Source of the DNA: Bacteroidia bacterium
Lineage (GTDB): Bacteria > Bacteroidota > Bacteroidia > UKL13-3
Reading direction: 5' to 3'
Assembly (NCBI GenBank): GCA_044370475.1
Contig: JBILVK010000003.1
Location: 12,452-76,451 of the forward strand
DNA length: 64,000 nucleotides
The notes under the pieces are model-generated. The model saw nothing but the letters and a program-made list of their open reading frames with translations. It did no database searches and was not told the DNA's origin. Every line of letters starts with the position of its first letter. The first letter of the stretch is position 1. The translations under genes and the position numbers were made by a program. Below are positions 28,544-38,890 of this stretch, piece by piece.

Positions 28544-31239
28544 TTTAACACAGCAATTTTGGCGGCGGCATCGGCCTTTTTCTGACGCTCTTTCTCTACC
28601 AAATCGGGCTTGGCATTGGCCACAAATTTCTCGTTACTCAATTTGGCATCCACCGACTTCATAAAACCTTCCAAGTACACAATTTCCTTCTCCATTTTTT
28701 CGCGCTCTGCGGTTTCATCCACCTGTAGGTTCAGCACAACAAAAACCTCATCTGTATCTACAGGCAATAAAGTACTGCCTTCAGGCTGCGTTTGAACAAA
28801 CAAAATGCTACTTACATTGGCCAACTTCTTAATTAAAAATGCATAAGGTGCATACAAACTTTCATCCTTGGCTTTGATAAAAATTTCAAAGGCCTCTTTC
28901 GGACTTAATCCTTTGGCATTTCTTAGGTTTCTAATTTGTTGAATGGTCTCAAACACCCTTGATAAATCTGGTGAAACCAGCTTACTTGCAACTGGATATG
29001 GGGCAATACAAATTGAATCTCCTGCTTTACGTTCACCAATATTTTGCCAAATTTCTTCGGTAATAAATGGCATATAAGGATGCAATAACTTCATTAAACC
29101 CTCAAAATAAGCTATGGTATGGTTGTAGGTACTTTCATTCATCGGTTCACCAAAAACAGGCTTCACCATTTCCAAATACCAAGCACAAAAATCGTCCCAA
29201 ATAAGCTTATAAATACTCATTAAGGCCTCACTCAATCGATACCCTTTAAACTTCTCTTCAATGTCTATTAATGCAGCAGATAACCTACCCGCAAACCAAT
29301 CTGCATTGAGCTTATTTGCTGAAAGAATCTCTGGGCTGAACCCATTATCTGGCTTCACTTCCCAGCCTTTTACCAACCTAAAAGCATTCCATATTTTGTT
29401 GGCAAAATTTCTTCCTTGCTCAACCTGACTTTCATCAAACAAGATATCATTACCCGCAGGAGAACACAACAACATGCCCATGCGCACACCATCTGCACCA
29501 AACTGCGCAATTAAATCCAATGGATCTGGCGAATTACCCAAAGATTTGCTCATCTTCCTGCGCTGTTTATCGCGCACAATGCCGGTATAATATACATTGC
29601 TAAAAGGCTTCTCCCCTCTCCACTCATAACCCGCCATAATCATACGCGCCACCCAGAAAAACATAATCTCTGGAGCAGTTACCAAATCATTGGTTGGATA
29701 AAAATGCTTGATATCTTCATTCTCTGGATTCTCAAAACCATCAAAAACAGAGATAGGCCACAACCACGAACTGAACCAAGTATCTAGTACGTCTTCGTCT
29801 TGGTGCAAGCGAAGAGGCTGGGTAGGCTTCTGGCCGCTGGCTTCTGGCTGCTGGCTATTTGAAGTTGGCTGCTGGCTGTTGCTTGCTGGCTGCTGGCTAT
29901 TTCTAGATTCTGCAATTTGCAAAGCTTCTGCTTCTGTTTTAGCTACTGCTACAAATTGATTGTTTTCGTCGTACCAGGCTGGGATACGCTGGCCCCACCA
30001 CAATTGCCTACTAATGCACCAATCTTTTATATTGTCGATCCAATGCTTGTAGGTGTTCTTCATTTTGGCCGGATGAAACTGAATTTCATCACTCATCACC
30101 GCATCCAAAACCTGCGGATTACGCTCCATGAATTTCTTCATGTCAATCCACCATTGAAGACTCAACCTTGGCTCAATAACAGCACCTGTGCGCTCACTTG
30201 TTCCAACCTGATTCTTATATTCTTCAATCTTTACAATATGTCCAGCCTCCTCTAAATCGATGGCTATTTGTTTGCGCACCGCAAAGCGATCCTTGCCAAT
30301 ATAGCGTTCATCCTTAGCCTCTGCGTTTAAAAACCCACTTTCATCTAAGATGTCAATTACAGGCAAGCCGTATTTCTGACCCAATGCATAATCGTTTACA
30401 TCATGCGCAGGAGTAACCTTGAGACAACCCGTACCAAAATCTGTAGCCACATACTCATCCGCAATAATTGGAATTTCGCGGTTCAAAAACGGCACCAATG
30501 CCTTTTGACCAACCAAGTGCTTAAAGCGCTCATCTGTTGGATTTACACAAATGGCAACATCCGCCAAAATGGTCTCCGGACGCGTAGTAGCGATGGTTAC
30601 AAACGCACCACTACCATCAGCCATAAAATACTTTATATAGTATAATTTTGATTGAACCTCCTTGTGAATTACCTCCTCATCACTCAAGGCAGTTTTGCCA
30701 AGCGGATCCCAATTTACCATGCGCAAACCACGGTAGATAAGTCCCTTATTATAAAGATCTATAAACACCTCAATAACCGCTTCGCTCAATTTTGGCTCCA
30801 TGGTAAAACGCGTTCTATCCCAATCGCAACTCGCACCTAATTTCTTAAGCTGATCCAAGATAATGCCGCCATATTTTTCTTTCCATTCCCAAGCATACTT
30901 CAAAAAATCCTCCCTACTCAAATCAGACTTCTTGATACCACGCTCACGCAACATTTGCACCACCTTGGCCTCGGTTGCAATAGACGCATGGTCTGTTCCA
31001 GGCACCCAGCATGCATTCTTACCCTCCATACGCGCTTTTCTAACCAAGACATCCTGTATGGTATTATTAAGCATGTGACCCATGTGTAAAACACCCGTAA
31101 CATTAGGTGGCGGAATTACTATGGTAAAAGGCTCCTTATCTGGATTTGGTTCAGCATGAAAAAACTTTTGGTCGATCCAATACTGATACCACTTATTTTC
31201 AAAATCCTGTGGTGAATATGTTTTTGCTAGTTCGGTCAT
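28525..31239 (-). CDS. valS: Valine--tRNA ligase. It carries an unusual in-frame low-complexity insert SQQPASNSQQPTSNSQQPEASGQKPTQP.
   Basis: 904 aa. Class I aaRS motifs PNVTGVLHMGH (HIGH) and KMSKS. DTWFSSWLWP is present and the C-terminal coiled-coil is characteristic of ValS. Confidence 0.9.
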   Translation of the reverse strand: MTELAKTYSPQDFENKWYQYWIDQKFFHAEPNPDKEPFTIVIPPPNVTGVLHMGHMLNNTIQDVLVRKARMEGKNACWVPGTDHASIATEAKVVQMLRERGIKKSDLSREDFLKYAWEWKEKYGGIILDQLKKLGASCDWDRTRFTMEPKLSEAVIEVFIDLYNKGLIYRGLRMVNWDPLGKTALSDEEVIHKEVQSKLYYIKYFMADGSGAFVTIATTRPETILADVAICVNPTDERFKHLVGQKALVPFLNREIPIIADEYVATDFGTGCLKVTPAHDVNDYALGQKYGLPVIDILDESGFLNAEAKDERYIGKDRFAVRKQIAIDLEEAGHIVKIEEYKNQVGTSERTGAVIEPRLSLQWWIDMKKFMERNPQVLDAVMSDEIQFHPAKMKNTYKHWIDNIKDWCISRQLWWGQRIPAWYDENNQFVAVAKTEAEALQIAESRNSQQPASNSQQPTSNSQQPEASGQKPTQPLRLHQDEDVLDTWFSSWLWPISVFDGFENPENEDIKHFYPTNDLVTAPEIMFFWVARMIMAGYEWRGEKPFSNVYYTGIVRDKQRRKMSKSLGNSPDPLDLIAQFGADGVRMGMLLCSPAGNDILFDESQVEQGRNFANKIWNAFRLVKGWEVKPDNGFSPEILSANKLNADWFAGRLSAALIDIEEKFKGYRLSEALMSIYKLIWDDFCAWYLEMVKPVFGEPMNESTYNHTIAYFEGLMKLLHPYMPFITEEIWQNIGERKAGDSICIAPYPVASKLVSPDLSRVFETIQQIRNLRNAKGLSPKEAFEIFIKAKDESLYAPYAFLIKKLANVSSILFVQTQPEGSTLLPVDTDEVFVVLNLQVDETAEREKMEKEIVYLEGFMKSVDAKLSNEKFVANAKPDLVEKERQKKADAAAKIAVLKKSLGI

Positions 31240-31500
31240 TTTGGTCTTTGGTCGTTGGTCTTTGGTCGTTAGTCGTTGGTCTTTAGTCGTTGGGAAGGCC
31301 TCTGGCTGCTGGCAACTGGCTTCTGGCTGTTAGCTTTTAATTTGAGTATTTTGGCAAATTGGTCGTTAGTCTTTGGTCGTTAGTCTTTGGGAAGGGCCTC
31401 TATCTGCTGGCTTTGTCAGCCGTAGCTTAAGCGAAGGCTGAGCTTATGGCTATGAGCTTAGGAATTTAACAAAGCTTGTTCTTTGGACAAATTTCATATT
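31240..31500. repeat. Low-complexity oligomer-repeat spacer (GGTCTTTGGTCGTT..., CTGGCTGCTGGC..., AGCTTAAGCGAAGGCTGAGC) immediately 5' of valS.
   Basis: Direct reading. Related modules occur at 5682-5712, 34741-34816, 53075-53211 and 59268-59500. Confidence 0.8.
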
Positions 31501-31517
31501 AATTATAGCATTGACTA

Positions 31518-31870
31518 TCATAAGCGAGTTTTAAAATTCAATATTATAAAATACTTAATAAAGCCCAAAGGACAATTTACCAAATTATCAATATTCCTGA
31601 CCCCGCGAAGCCGAAGGCCAGCAACCAAATGGTATTCATTTACGAAGTAAATCATTACCATCCCCCTCAACCTCAAGCGAAGCCGAAGGCCAGCAAACCC
31701 TACCTCAAGCGAAGCCGAAGGCAAAGCACCCAAATGGTATTCATTTACGAAGTAAATTAATACCATCCCCCTCAAGCGAAGCCGAAGGCCAAGCACCCAA
31801 ATGGTATTCATTTACGAAGTAAATCAATACCATCCCCCTCAACCTCAAGCGAAGCCGAAGGCCAGCGCCC
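31518..31870. repeat. Three copies of a ~66-bp unit, each with a 15-bp-stem hairpin ATGGTATTCATTTAC-GAA-GTAAAT(C/T)AATACCAT. GCGAAGCCGAAGGCCA motifs are interspersed.
   Basis: Direct reading. The track ORFs 31518..31811 and 31741..31956 are artefacts of this repeat. Confidence 0.85.
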
Positions 31871-32010
31871 CCCAGCACCATTTTCGCGTGCTTAGGTAGT
31901 TTTTGGCAAGGCATGCAAGGGATAAAAATGCGAAGTTTACTCGTGTAAATGAGCATTTCTTATCCCGCGCATAACGCCGCCAAAAGCTACCTAAGCGCGC
32001 GAAAACAAAG

Positions 32011-32039
32011 GCCCCGACTCAAGTGAATGAGCCGGGGCC
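32011..32039 (-). terminator. Probable rho-independent terminator of rplS. GC-rich stem GGCCCCG...CGGGGCC followed by TTTGTTTTC on the minus strand.
   Basis: Inverted repeat plus a T-tract immediately downstream of the rplS stop. Confidence 0.55.
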
Positions 32040-32060
32040 AGAGTTTAAGTTATGAAATTT

Positions 32061-32408
32061 TTACCCTCTTTTTTCTTTAATCTTGGCATTTTTACCCTTG
32101 GCTTCACGTAAATAGAATAAACGTGCCCTGCGGACCTTACCACGGGTTACCAATTCAATTTTGTCAATGTTTAAGCTGTATAAAGGAAAGATTCTTTCTA
32201 CACCAACACCATTAGAAATTTTACGTACGGTGATGGTTTCGCTTAAACCAGCATTCCTACGTTGGATTACAACGCCTTGGTATTGCTGAATGCGCTCTTT
32301 TGCACCTTCACGAATTTTATAATGTACATTAATAGTATCTCCAGCTGCGAAAGTTGGAAAACTTTTTCCTTGTGTAAATTCTTGCTCTACAAATTTTATT
32401 GCGTCCAT
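32061..32408 (-). CDS. rplS: 50S ribosomal protein L19.
   Basis: [10 protein letters not shown]...[13 protein letters not shown]...RVQ.FEGVVI-like L19 sequence. The track ORF extends to 32456, but the conserved N-terminus begins at M17 (32408). Confidence 0.85.
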   Translation of the reverse strand: MDAIKFVEQEFTQGKSFPTFAAGDTINVHYKIREGAKERIQQYQGVVIQRRNAGLSETITVRKISNGVGVERIFPLYSLNIDKIELVTRGKVRRARLFYLREAKGKNAKIKEKRG

Positions 32409-32716
32409 GTTGCTATTCTTTTCTAAAAATCGGACTGCGAAAATAGCTTTTTTCAACTAAATACAAAAGCGGGGCGCAAAAAATTTATTTTTTATCACAG
32501 CCCCTCTCACTTTTTACAGCCTATAACCCTTGTTATTACTAGCTTATCAAGCATTTACACTTACCTCATTTCAAAAAAAAACACGCAAAAAACCAACAGT
32601 TATTGGTCAACTTCATCGGTCAAAATGCCCATACCCCAATTTTCAATGCAAAAATATCAGTTGCCAGCTACCAAAAGTTAAGGCTCCTAAGCACAAATAT
32701 AGTTGCTATATTTCCT

Positions 32717-33394
32717 TCATTTTTTCCCCAGAAGTAATATAATGATGAGGATAATTACAGCTGTTGCAGTTACTGCCTTGTCAATACTTATTAAAGGTTT
32801 GCCCTTTATAAAACCATAAGGCAACATGACTAAACCAAGAATTACCAAACCGTACATCCATTTGCTGTCTTTGTCGGTCAATTCTGTTCGCAACTCAATG
32901 TCAATATAACTATTCCCATTTTTACTCAATCCATAAAAATCATTGTATGTATCCCAAAAAGAATTTTCGTCTAAGTTATCTAGGTCAGATTTTTTCACTT
33001 TAAGCTCTACCCTATCCCCAGCAAAAATGTTCGACTTCAAAGCATTATGGTCTGTCGCCCTATAGGTATTACCAGTAATTCTAAATTCGCGATTAAATTC
33101 TTTCGTTGTCACAATGATGTCTCGGTGAGTTGTCGATTTTATTGAATATTCATGATACTTTGGTGCATCTTTAAGTGTGACATGAATGGTGCTTAACTCA
33201 TTGTTTGGTATCGAATTGTCACGATTAGCTAAATAAAAAAACAGAAAAATAAATGTCAATGAAAAAGCAATAACAAAAATTCTTGTTCCTTTCGAAACGG
33301 GCTCATTAGACTCCTTTTTTATATTTTTTTTCAGCCTTTCCTGTTTTATTTTTCGTTTTTCTTGTCGGCTCATAAAATTATAGCTAACATTCAA
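32717..33394 (-). CDS. Hypothetical membrane protein with a basic N-terminus, one N-terminal and one C-terminal TM segment.
   Basis: 225 aa ORF. Hydrophobic segments FVIAFSLTFIFLFFYL and MYGLVILGLVMLPYGF...AVIILIIILLLG. Confidence 0.45.
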   Translation of the reverse strand: MNVSYNFMSRQEKRKIKQERLKKNIKKESNEPVSKGTRIFVIAFSLTFIFLFFYLANRDNSIPNNELSTIHVTLKDAPKYHEYSIKSTTHRDIIVTTKEFNREFRITGNTYRATDHNALKSNIFAGDRVELKVKKSDLDNLDENSFWDTYNDFYGLSKNGNSYIDIELRTELTDKDSKWMYGLVILGLVMLPYGFIKGKPLISIDKAVTATAVIILIIILLLGKK

Positions 33395-33472
33395 ATATAG
33401 AAAAGATCCTGTAAAATGATGTCACAATTGAGTGAATAAAAAGGCTCAATTACCCTATAAAAACCTAGCACC

Positions 33473-33961
33473 TTAACTCAAAGCATCTATCTTCTTTTCA
33501 AAGCAAATGCTACTTGCAACATTTGAGTATTGCCCATAATTAGCAATTATTTTGAAGTTACTTTTATGATATAAACCTATTGCCTCAGGCATTTTATCCC
33601 CTGTTTCTAAAACCAATTTGGCATACCCTAATTCTATTGCCCACTTCTCAAGCTCCAACAAAACCAAAGAAGCCAAGCCCCTTCCCCTCTTATCCATGGG
33701 CACAAACATCCTCTTTATTTCCATGGTGGACTCATCAAATTCCTTCATGGCCCCACACGCCACAGCTTGCTCATTTTCAAATACCACCACCACATTCTTT
33801 ATCTGATCTATTTTATTAAATTGAGCAAAAAAATCGTTCGCCTCACCATTACGTATGGCCAAATCCTTATCCAATTCCGCAACCAATTGTTGGAAATCAA
33901 TATTCTCAGAGTCTGTTCTCACAATTGAAATCATTATTGAAACATTTAATTTACCAATCAA
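33473..33961 (-). CDS. GNAT family N-acetyltransferase.
   Basis: 162 aa. Acetyl-CoA-binding region MFVPMDKRGRGLASLVLLELEKWA (R/Q-x-x-G-x-G/A pattern). Confidence 0.75.
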   Translation of the reverse strand: MIGKLNVSIMISIVRTDSENIDFQQLVAELDKDLAIRNGEANDFFAQFNKIDQIKNVVVVFENEQAVACGAMKEFDESTMEIKRMFVPMDKRGRGLASLVLLELEKWAIELGYAKLVLETGDKMPEAIGLYHKSNFKIIANYGQYSNVASSICFEKKIDALS

Positions 33962-34015
33962 ATTTCAATTTTATTTCGGTTCGAACCAATAAAGCGACTG
34001 AAAGGATTCTCACAA

Positions 34016-34234
34016 CTACTCCGTTTTGCCTTTAAAAGTAGCATAAATTTCCATGGCATGTCCGTGACCCAATTCAAAATCTTCCTTAAGCCAATTGGTG
34101 ATTTCTGTAGCTTTAATTTTTGGATTCAATTTACCACCCACCAAAAACCCTTTTCCCTCGGCTAATTTTTTAAAATCCTCAGGTGATTTGCCTGTCTTGG
34201 CTTTAATATTATCTATATATGCTTGAAACGACAT
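34016..34234 (-). CDS. DUF4287-family small protein.
   Basis: 72 aa. MSFQAYIDNIKAKTGKSPEDFKKLAEGKGF... matches my memory of the DUF4287 N-terminus. Confidence 0.55.
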   Translation of the reverse strand: MSFQAYIDNIKAKTGKSPEDFKKLAEGKGFLVGGKLNPKIKATEITNWLKEDFELGHGHAMEIYATFKGKTE

Positions 34235-34329
34235 TGCTCTTATTTTTTAGTTCAATAATACACAAAACATTTTTTGCAACAAAAATTGGAAATGCTTTAC
34301 TCCAAATGCCTTCGCACAAAGACTATCGA

Positions 34330-34700
34330 CAAACGACCAAAGACCTTCCCGCCACAGATGCACAGATTAACTTTTAAAAAAAGCCAAAAAAACATCTGCG
34401 AAATCTCCCCTAACCTAAAAAACCTGCGCTAGAGAGGATTTGCAATCCTCACCATTCCTGTTCTAGGTGTGGATTACAAATCCACACCAGATAATTCTTT
34501 TAGCTATTGGCTTTTAGAAATCTGTGAATCTGTGGCCCTGCGCTGGTGTGGATTTTCAATCCTCACCAGATAGGCAAAATAGCCACAGATGCACAGATTA
34601 ACTTTTATAAAAAAAAGCAAAAAAAACATCTGCGAAATCTCCCCTAATCCAAAAAATCTGCGTGAAATTTAAACTAACGGCCAAAACCTTTCCGCCACAA
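34330..34700. repeat. Intergenic direct repeats. A ~110-bp unit (GCCACAGATGCACAGATTAACTTTTA(A/T)AAAAAAGC(C)AAAAAAACATCTGCGAAATCTCCCCTAA) occurs 2.5 times, and hairpins GAGGATTTGCAATCCTC and GTGTGGATTACAAATCCACAC are present.
   Basis: Direct reading. Confidence 0.8.
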
Positions 34701-34816
34701 ATGCACAGATTAATCTTATAAAAAAAATAAAAGCTAAAGGCCAACAGCTAACGGCTAACAGCCAGGAGCCAGTTGCCAGGTGCCAGTAGCCTCCCCCAAA
34801 GACCAACGACCAAAGA

Positions 34817-35491
34817 CTAAAGACCTAATTCCGGTCTCCGCTCCTTAGTCCGCTCCAAACTTTGCTCATGACGCCATTCATCTATTTTGGCTTGGTGACC
34901 AGATAACAAAACCTCAGGCACCTTCCATCCTTTATACTCCGCTGGACGGGTGTAGACTGGCGGACTAATTAAATCGTCTTGAAAAGAATCGCTTAAGGCA
35001 GATGTTTCATCATTTAATGCACCCGGAATTAACCGAACCACTGCATCTACCATGGCGGCGGCAGCCAACTCACCACCTGTTAATACAAAATCGCCTAAGC
35101 TCAATTCACGCGTTACTAAGTGCTCACGCACGCGCTCATCAACTCCTTTATAATGTCCGCACAGGAAAGCAATATTCTTTTTAGTGCTTAATTCATTCGC
35201 AATTTTCTGCGTAAATGGCTCGCCATCCGGACTCATATAAATGATTTCATCGTAGCTTACCTTTTCTTTTAATTGGTTCAGACAGCGGTCTATGGGTTCT
35301 ATGCTCATCACCATGCCCGCCCCACCACCAAAGGGGTAATCATCTACGTTTTTATGTTTAGACAGCGAATAATCTCTAATATTATGCAATTCGATCTGAA
35401 CCAATTCACGCTCAATGGCACGTTTGATAATGGATTGCGAGAAGGGTCCATCAAAAATTTGGGGAAACAAAGTTAAAATGTCAATTTGCAT
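34817..35491 (-). CDS. trmD: tRNA (guanine37-N1)-methyltransferase.
   Basis: [13 protein letters not shown]...[13 protein letters not shown] is classic TrmD. The conserved start is at 35491 (the track ORF extends to 35539). Confidence 0.85.
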   Translation of the reverse strand: MQIDILTLFPQIFDGPFSQSIIKRAIERELVQIELHNIRDYSLSKHKNVDDYPFGGGAGMVMSIEPIDRCLNQLKEKVSYDEIIYMSPDGEPFTQKIANELSTKKNIAFLCGHYKGVDERVREHLVTRELSLGDFVLTGGELAAAAMVDAVVRLIPGALNDETSALSDSFQDDLISPPVYTRPAEYKGWKVPEVLLSGHQAKIDEWRHEQSLERTKERRPELGL

Positions 35492-35539
35492 ATGTTTCAC
35501 AAAAATAAGCTTATAATTCAGAACAAAATATTCCATCAC

Positions 35540-36223
35540 ATGAAAAAGTATGTATTCCTCTCTTATTTAGGCTTAGTTTCTATCTTCTCTTGGGCGCAAG
35601 GAACAGGCATGCAGACTTCCCAACAAGAGTTAATTGGCAAATTAAGTAGCCTACAAAACCCTACTTTCCAAATAGGCGGTTTGCAAGGTGCAGATAAAGG
35701 AAAACCCATTAAATACAATGCTTTTGGCATGGGACTCATTCCCACAGATTATTTAATGGTGGGGGGAAATCATGTAAGCTTTCGCAAATTTGGTGCTGGA
35801 CTAAGTTGGCGATTGGGCATTAACAATATGCAAATTAATAAAGAAGGATTTAGTGAGGTAAATTTTGATACTGCCAAGAATAATGGATGGCTTACAGGTA
35901 AATCTAAACTCACTTATTCGTATGGAGCCAACCTAAATTTTGTATTTGCCATCACTAAAAAAATCCCAGGCTATTTTGGAATTGGCGCGATTAGACAAAG
36001 AGGATTTTCAGAACTGCAAACTCCTTTTGCAAACCCAGGTGAAACGGAATGGCAATTAGACCCCAATAAAACAAAATTTGTATTCAACTTTGGAGCGGGC
36101 GTCTTCATTCCATTAGCAAGCAGGGTTGTCTTAAACTTATCTTACGACCATATGCCACAAACCGTATTTGTGGGCATCGCCATCTCAGGGCCCTTTAACT
36201 ACGAAGACATCGATATGTGGTAG
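35540..36223 (+). CDS. Hypothetical outer-membrane (beta-barrel-like) protein.
   Basis: Signal peptide [20 protein letters not shown]. Alternating hydrophobic pattern with a C-terminal aromatic residue. The start was chosen at the internal Met. Confidence 0.45.
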   Translation: MKKYVFLSYLGLVSIFSWAQGTGMQTSQQELIGKLSSLQNPTFQIGGLQGADKGKPIKYNAFGMGLIPTDYLMVGGNHVSFRKFGAGLSWRLGINNMQINKEGFSEVNFDTAKNNGWLTGKSKLTYSYGANLNFVFAITKKIPGYFGIGAIRQRGFSELQTPFANPGETEWQLDPNKTKFVFNFGAGVFIPLASRVVLNLSYDHMPQTVFVGIAISGPFNYEDIDMW

Positions 36224-36313
36224 AAAATACCCCCACAAATCGATGTCTTCAATTAGTTAATTTCGGATGGCGCTTTTTAAAGAACTGCCATTTATTTTCT
36301 TAAATAAATGTTC

Positions 36314-37948
36314 CTATTTATCAGCCATTACAGCCTTAGCTTTTACATTGGCAGGATCTAATTCCAAAACCTTTTTGTAATACTCTTTTGCCTCCGCTTT
36401 TTTATCCTTGTTTAAGAAATAAAAACCAAGGTATCCATAAGCATTTATCAATCCAGCTTTGTTCTTTTGCTTTAAATTAGACTCAAATTTTTCTGGGTCG
36501 GCACTCAACAATTGAATATACTTTTCGTAGAATGGCTTAGGTAGGTCAGATTCAAAATCTGGGTCCATAGAAGAATTACAATTTCCTCTCCACAAATAAG
36601 CATCTGGGTAATCAGGCTTCAATTCATTTACTTTCATAAAAGCAGAATCTGCTTTATTGTATTGCTTAGCATAGTATAAAGCTTTTCCATATAGGAAATA
36701 ATCAGCAGCAGTCACCTTTTTAGCACGAGCAATATATACCTCATAACTTGCAGCAGCGCTATCAAACTGCTTCATTTTATTGTAGATTTTAGCCAAATCA
36801 ATATACATATCGGTATTGTATGGATTCAATTCCATGGCCTTTTTCAAAGTAGAAACCGCCAATGAATCTTTGCCACCCACTTTAGATTGCAACCTACCTA
36901 AATACTCATAATCTGAAGCGGTAAGTTTCTTAGCATCTTGCTTAGAGAAATAGTATTCCAAAGAACCTAAACCGCTTTTTGCCAACTCTTGATCTACCTT
37001 GGTCTCTAACACCTCACAAACAGAAAATGCACGCAAACGATACAACAACAAAGTAGTTTTATCCTCTTTCTGAATCTCATCAATTTTCTCTAAAGACTCG
37101 TCATAAGCCTTACTCAAAAACAAGATTCTAGCAAACCTAATTTGATTGGCTAAACTAGGCTCAGAATTAGCAAGATATTTTCCATACGCTTCTTTTGCCA
37201 AAGTGAACTTTCTTTGTGCATAGTACAATTCAGCTTGGTATTTCCATGCTGGTGCATAATTAGGGTCCTTCTCAAACGCACGGTTCAAATCACTTTGTGC
37301 CTGTTCGTAATTTTTAACCCTTATCCAAATAACAGAAACACGGGTATAAGCTTTAGGGTTTTTCGGTTCGATCCCAATCGCGCGCTCGTAAAAAGTAGCG
37401 GCATTACCACCATCGTTCTTTTCAAGATAAACATCGCCACCGGCTATCAATAAATCATAATTCTTTTTGTCTTGATCGTATCCCATTTTAATGAGCGCTT
37501 CCGCCTCATCTAACATTTTTACAATGGCATTATTAACCATGCTAGATGCTACCACAGTAATGGCCTTTATATCGCTAATGATACCAGAGCGGGTCTTGCT
37601 AAACGACAATGCTTTGTCAAAATGCTCCTTTGCTTTTTCCTTATTCTCAACTAACAATTCCAACTCACCTAATCCTGCATAGTTGCTTGGATTGGCAGGA
37701 GCCACTTTTACTCCCTCATTGTAGCAAAAAGTTGCAGAGTCGGTATTTAATAAATTGAGGTACGATTGACCCAAGTAATACCAGTAATCGCCATTGCTTG
37801 GCTCTTTGGCCACCAATTGCTTAAAAACATCACGAGAGGCTTCGTACTTTTCAAAATCAATATTACGTAACCCCTCAGAAAAAGATTGTGCCTGAGCAAA
37901 GCCCGACATCAACAAAAATCCTACTAAACTTAAAATTCTATTTTTCAT
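36314..37948 (-). CDS. Tetratricopeptide (TPR) repeat protein, secreted.
   Basis: 544 aa. Signal peptide and multiple TPR-like W-LG-Y/A-F-A-P repeats. Confidence 0.7.
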   Translation of the reverse strand: MKNRILSLVGFLLMSGFAQAQSFSEGLRNIDFEKYEASRDVFKQLVAKEPSNGDYWYYLGQSYLNLLNTDSATFCYNEGVKVAPANPSNYAGLGELELLVENKEKAKEHFDKALSFSKTRSGIISDIKAITVVASSMVNNAIVKMLDEAEALIKMGYDQDKKNYDLLIAGGDVYLEKNDGGNAATFYERAIGIEPKNPKAYTRVSVIWIRVKNYEQAQSDLNRAFEKDPNYAPAWKYQAELYYAQRKFTLAKEAYGKYLANSEPSLANQIRFARILFLSKAYDESLEKIDEIQKEDKTTLLLYRLRAFSVCEVLETKVDQELAKSGLGSLEYYFSKQDAKKLTASDYEYLGRLQSKVGGKDSLAVSTLKKAMELNPYNTDMYIDLAKIYNKMKQFDSAAASYEVYIARAKKVTAADYFLYGKALYYAKQYNKADSAFMKVNELKPDYPDAYLWRGNCNSSMDPDFESDLPKPFYEKYIQLLSADPEKFESNLKQKNKAGLINAYGYLGFYFLNKDKKAEAKEYYKKVLELDPANVKAKAVMADK

Positions 37949-37951
37949 TAC

Positions 37952-38890
37952 CTAATCTAAATTAATTGTCCTTATTGACGAGCGAAAAGGAACCAATCCG
38001 CCCTTCAAAATAATTTTCTGTCCAGGCTCACTTTCCATAAAGCCAGCAAAGCCTGTGCCAAGTCCGGTTCTCATCTCCCTACTCGCCACTTTTATCTGCC
38101 TCCAATAAGGATATTGCTTCAACGCAATATTACCTTGCATAGGCTTATTATTAATACCTGCAACTCGCATCAAGATAGGCTCTACCTCTGCTACCTTCAC
38201 CTTGTCTAAGAATTGTCTTGATTGCACATCATCGGTATCACTTATCCAACTCACGCCAATAATTCCTATGGCATTTTTATTTTTCTCCACATGCGCCAAA
38301 ACGGCTTCATTGCCTTTTAAGGCAAAGCAATTTTTGCCCAATGGCAAACCTTTCAGAGAACTATCTTGTAGCAACCTAATGGCACCAGATTTTGGATCAT
38401 CAAATACCACTTGAATTTCTCCCGAAGTATTGTTTGGATTAATTTGGTTCCAATTGCTAATTTCACCACTTAACAATCCACGAACTTGCTTCAATGTTAA
38501 ACTAGTGTCTTTACAACTTGAATGCATGATAAAAGCGATGGCATCATATCCAATTTTATGGTACCTAGCTTTACTAATTTGTTGTGATTTTAACACAGCC
38601 AATTCTTCCTCATTTAATTCGCGCGTTACTATGGCCAATCTGGCGCTATCCTTCAACATAAATTGAATAGCATCAAACTCGCTCATAAAAACCATATTTA
38701 TCTTGGCTTTAGGATATAGCTGCTCAAATACCATACGCTCAGCATCCATTATAGGCTTAAGACTTTCATCACAAGCCACTGTAATCTCACCACTGCTTGG
38801 GGTATCTTTCACCTCATTGTTGTTCGGTGAATCAGAACAAGCTGCCACAAAAAAGAATAAGGCAACTAAAAATAGAATGTTTCTTACCAT
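37952..38890 (-). CDS. PstS/PhoT-family periplasmic substrate-binding protein (PBP-like).
   Basis: 312 aa with an N-terminal lipoprotein-like signal (LVALFFFVAAC). The conserved context downstream of exbBDD-tonB in Bacteroidota is from memory. Confidence 0.5.
   Translation of the reverse strand: MVRNILFLVALFFFVAACSDSPNNNEVKDTPSSGEITVACDESLKPIMDAERMVFEQLYPKAKINMVFMSEFDAIQFMLKDSARLAIVTRELNEEELAVLKSQQISKARYHKIGYDAIAFIMHSSCKDTSLTLKQVRGLLSGEISNWNQINPNNTSGEIQVVFDDPKSGAIRLLQDSSLKGLPLGKNCFALKGNEAVLAHVEKNKNAIGIIGVSWISDTDDVQSRQFLDKVKVAEVEPILMRVAGINNKPMQGNIALKQYPYWRQIKVASREMRTGLGTGFAGFMESEPGQKIILKGGLVPFRSSIRTINLD

Noticed and set aside
31518-31956. Track ORFs 31518..31811(-) and 31741..31956(-) with GLRLRLRGMVLIYFVNEYHLGA repeats.
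   Set aside because: They are artefacts of the three 66-bp hairpin units. No start context is present and the region is non-coding between rplS and valS.
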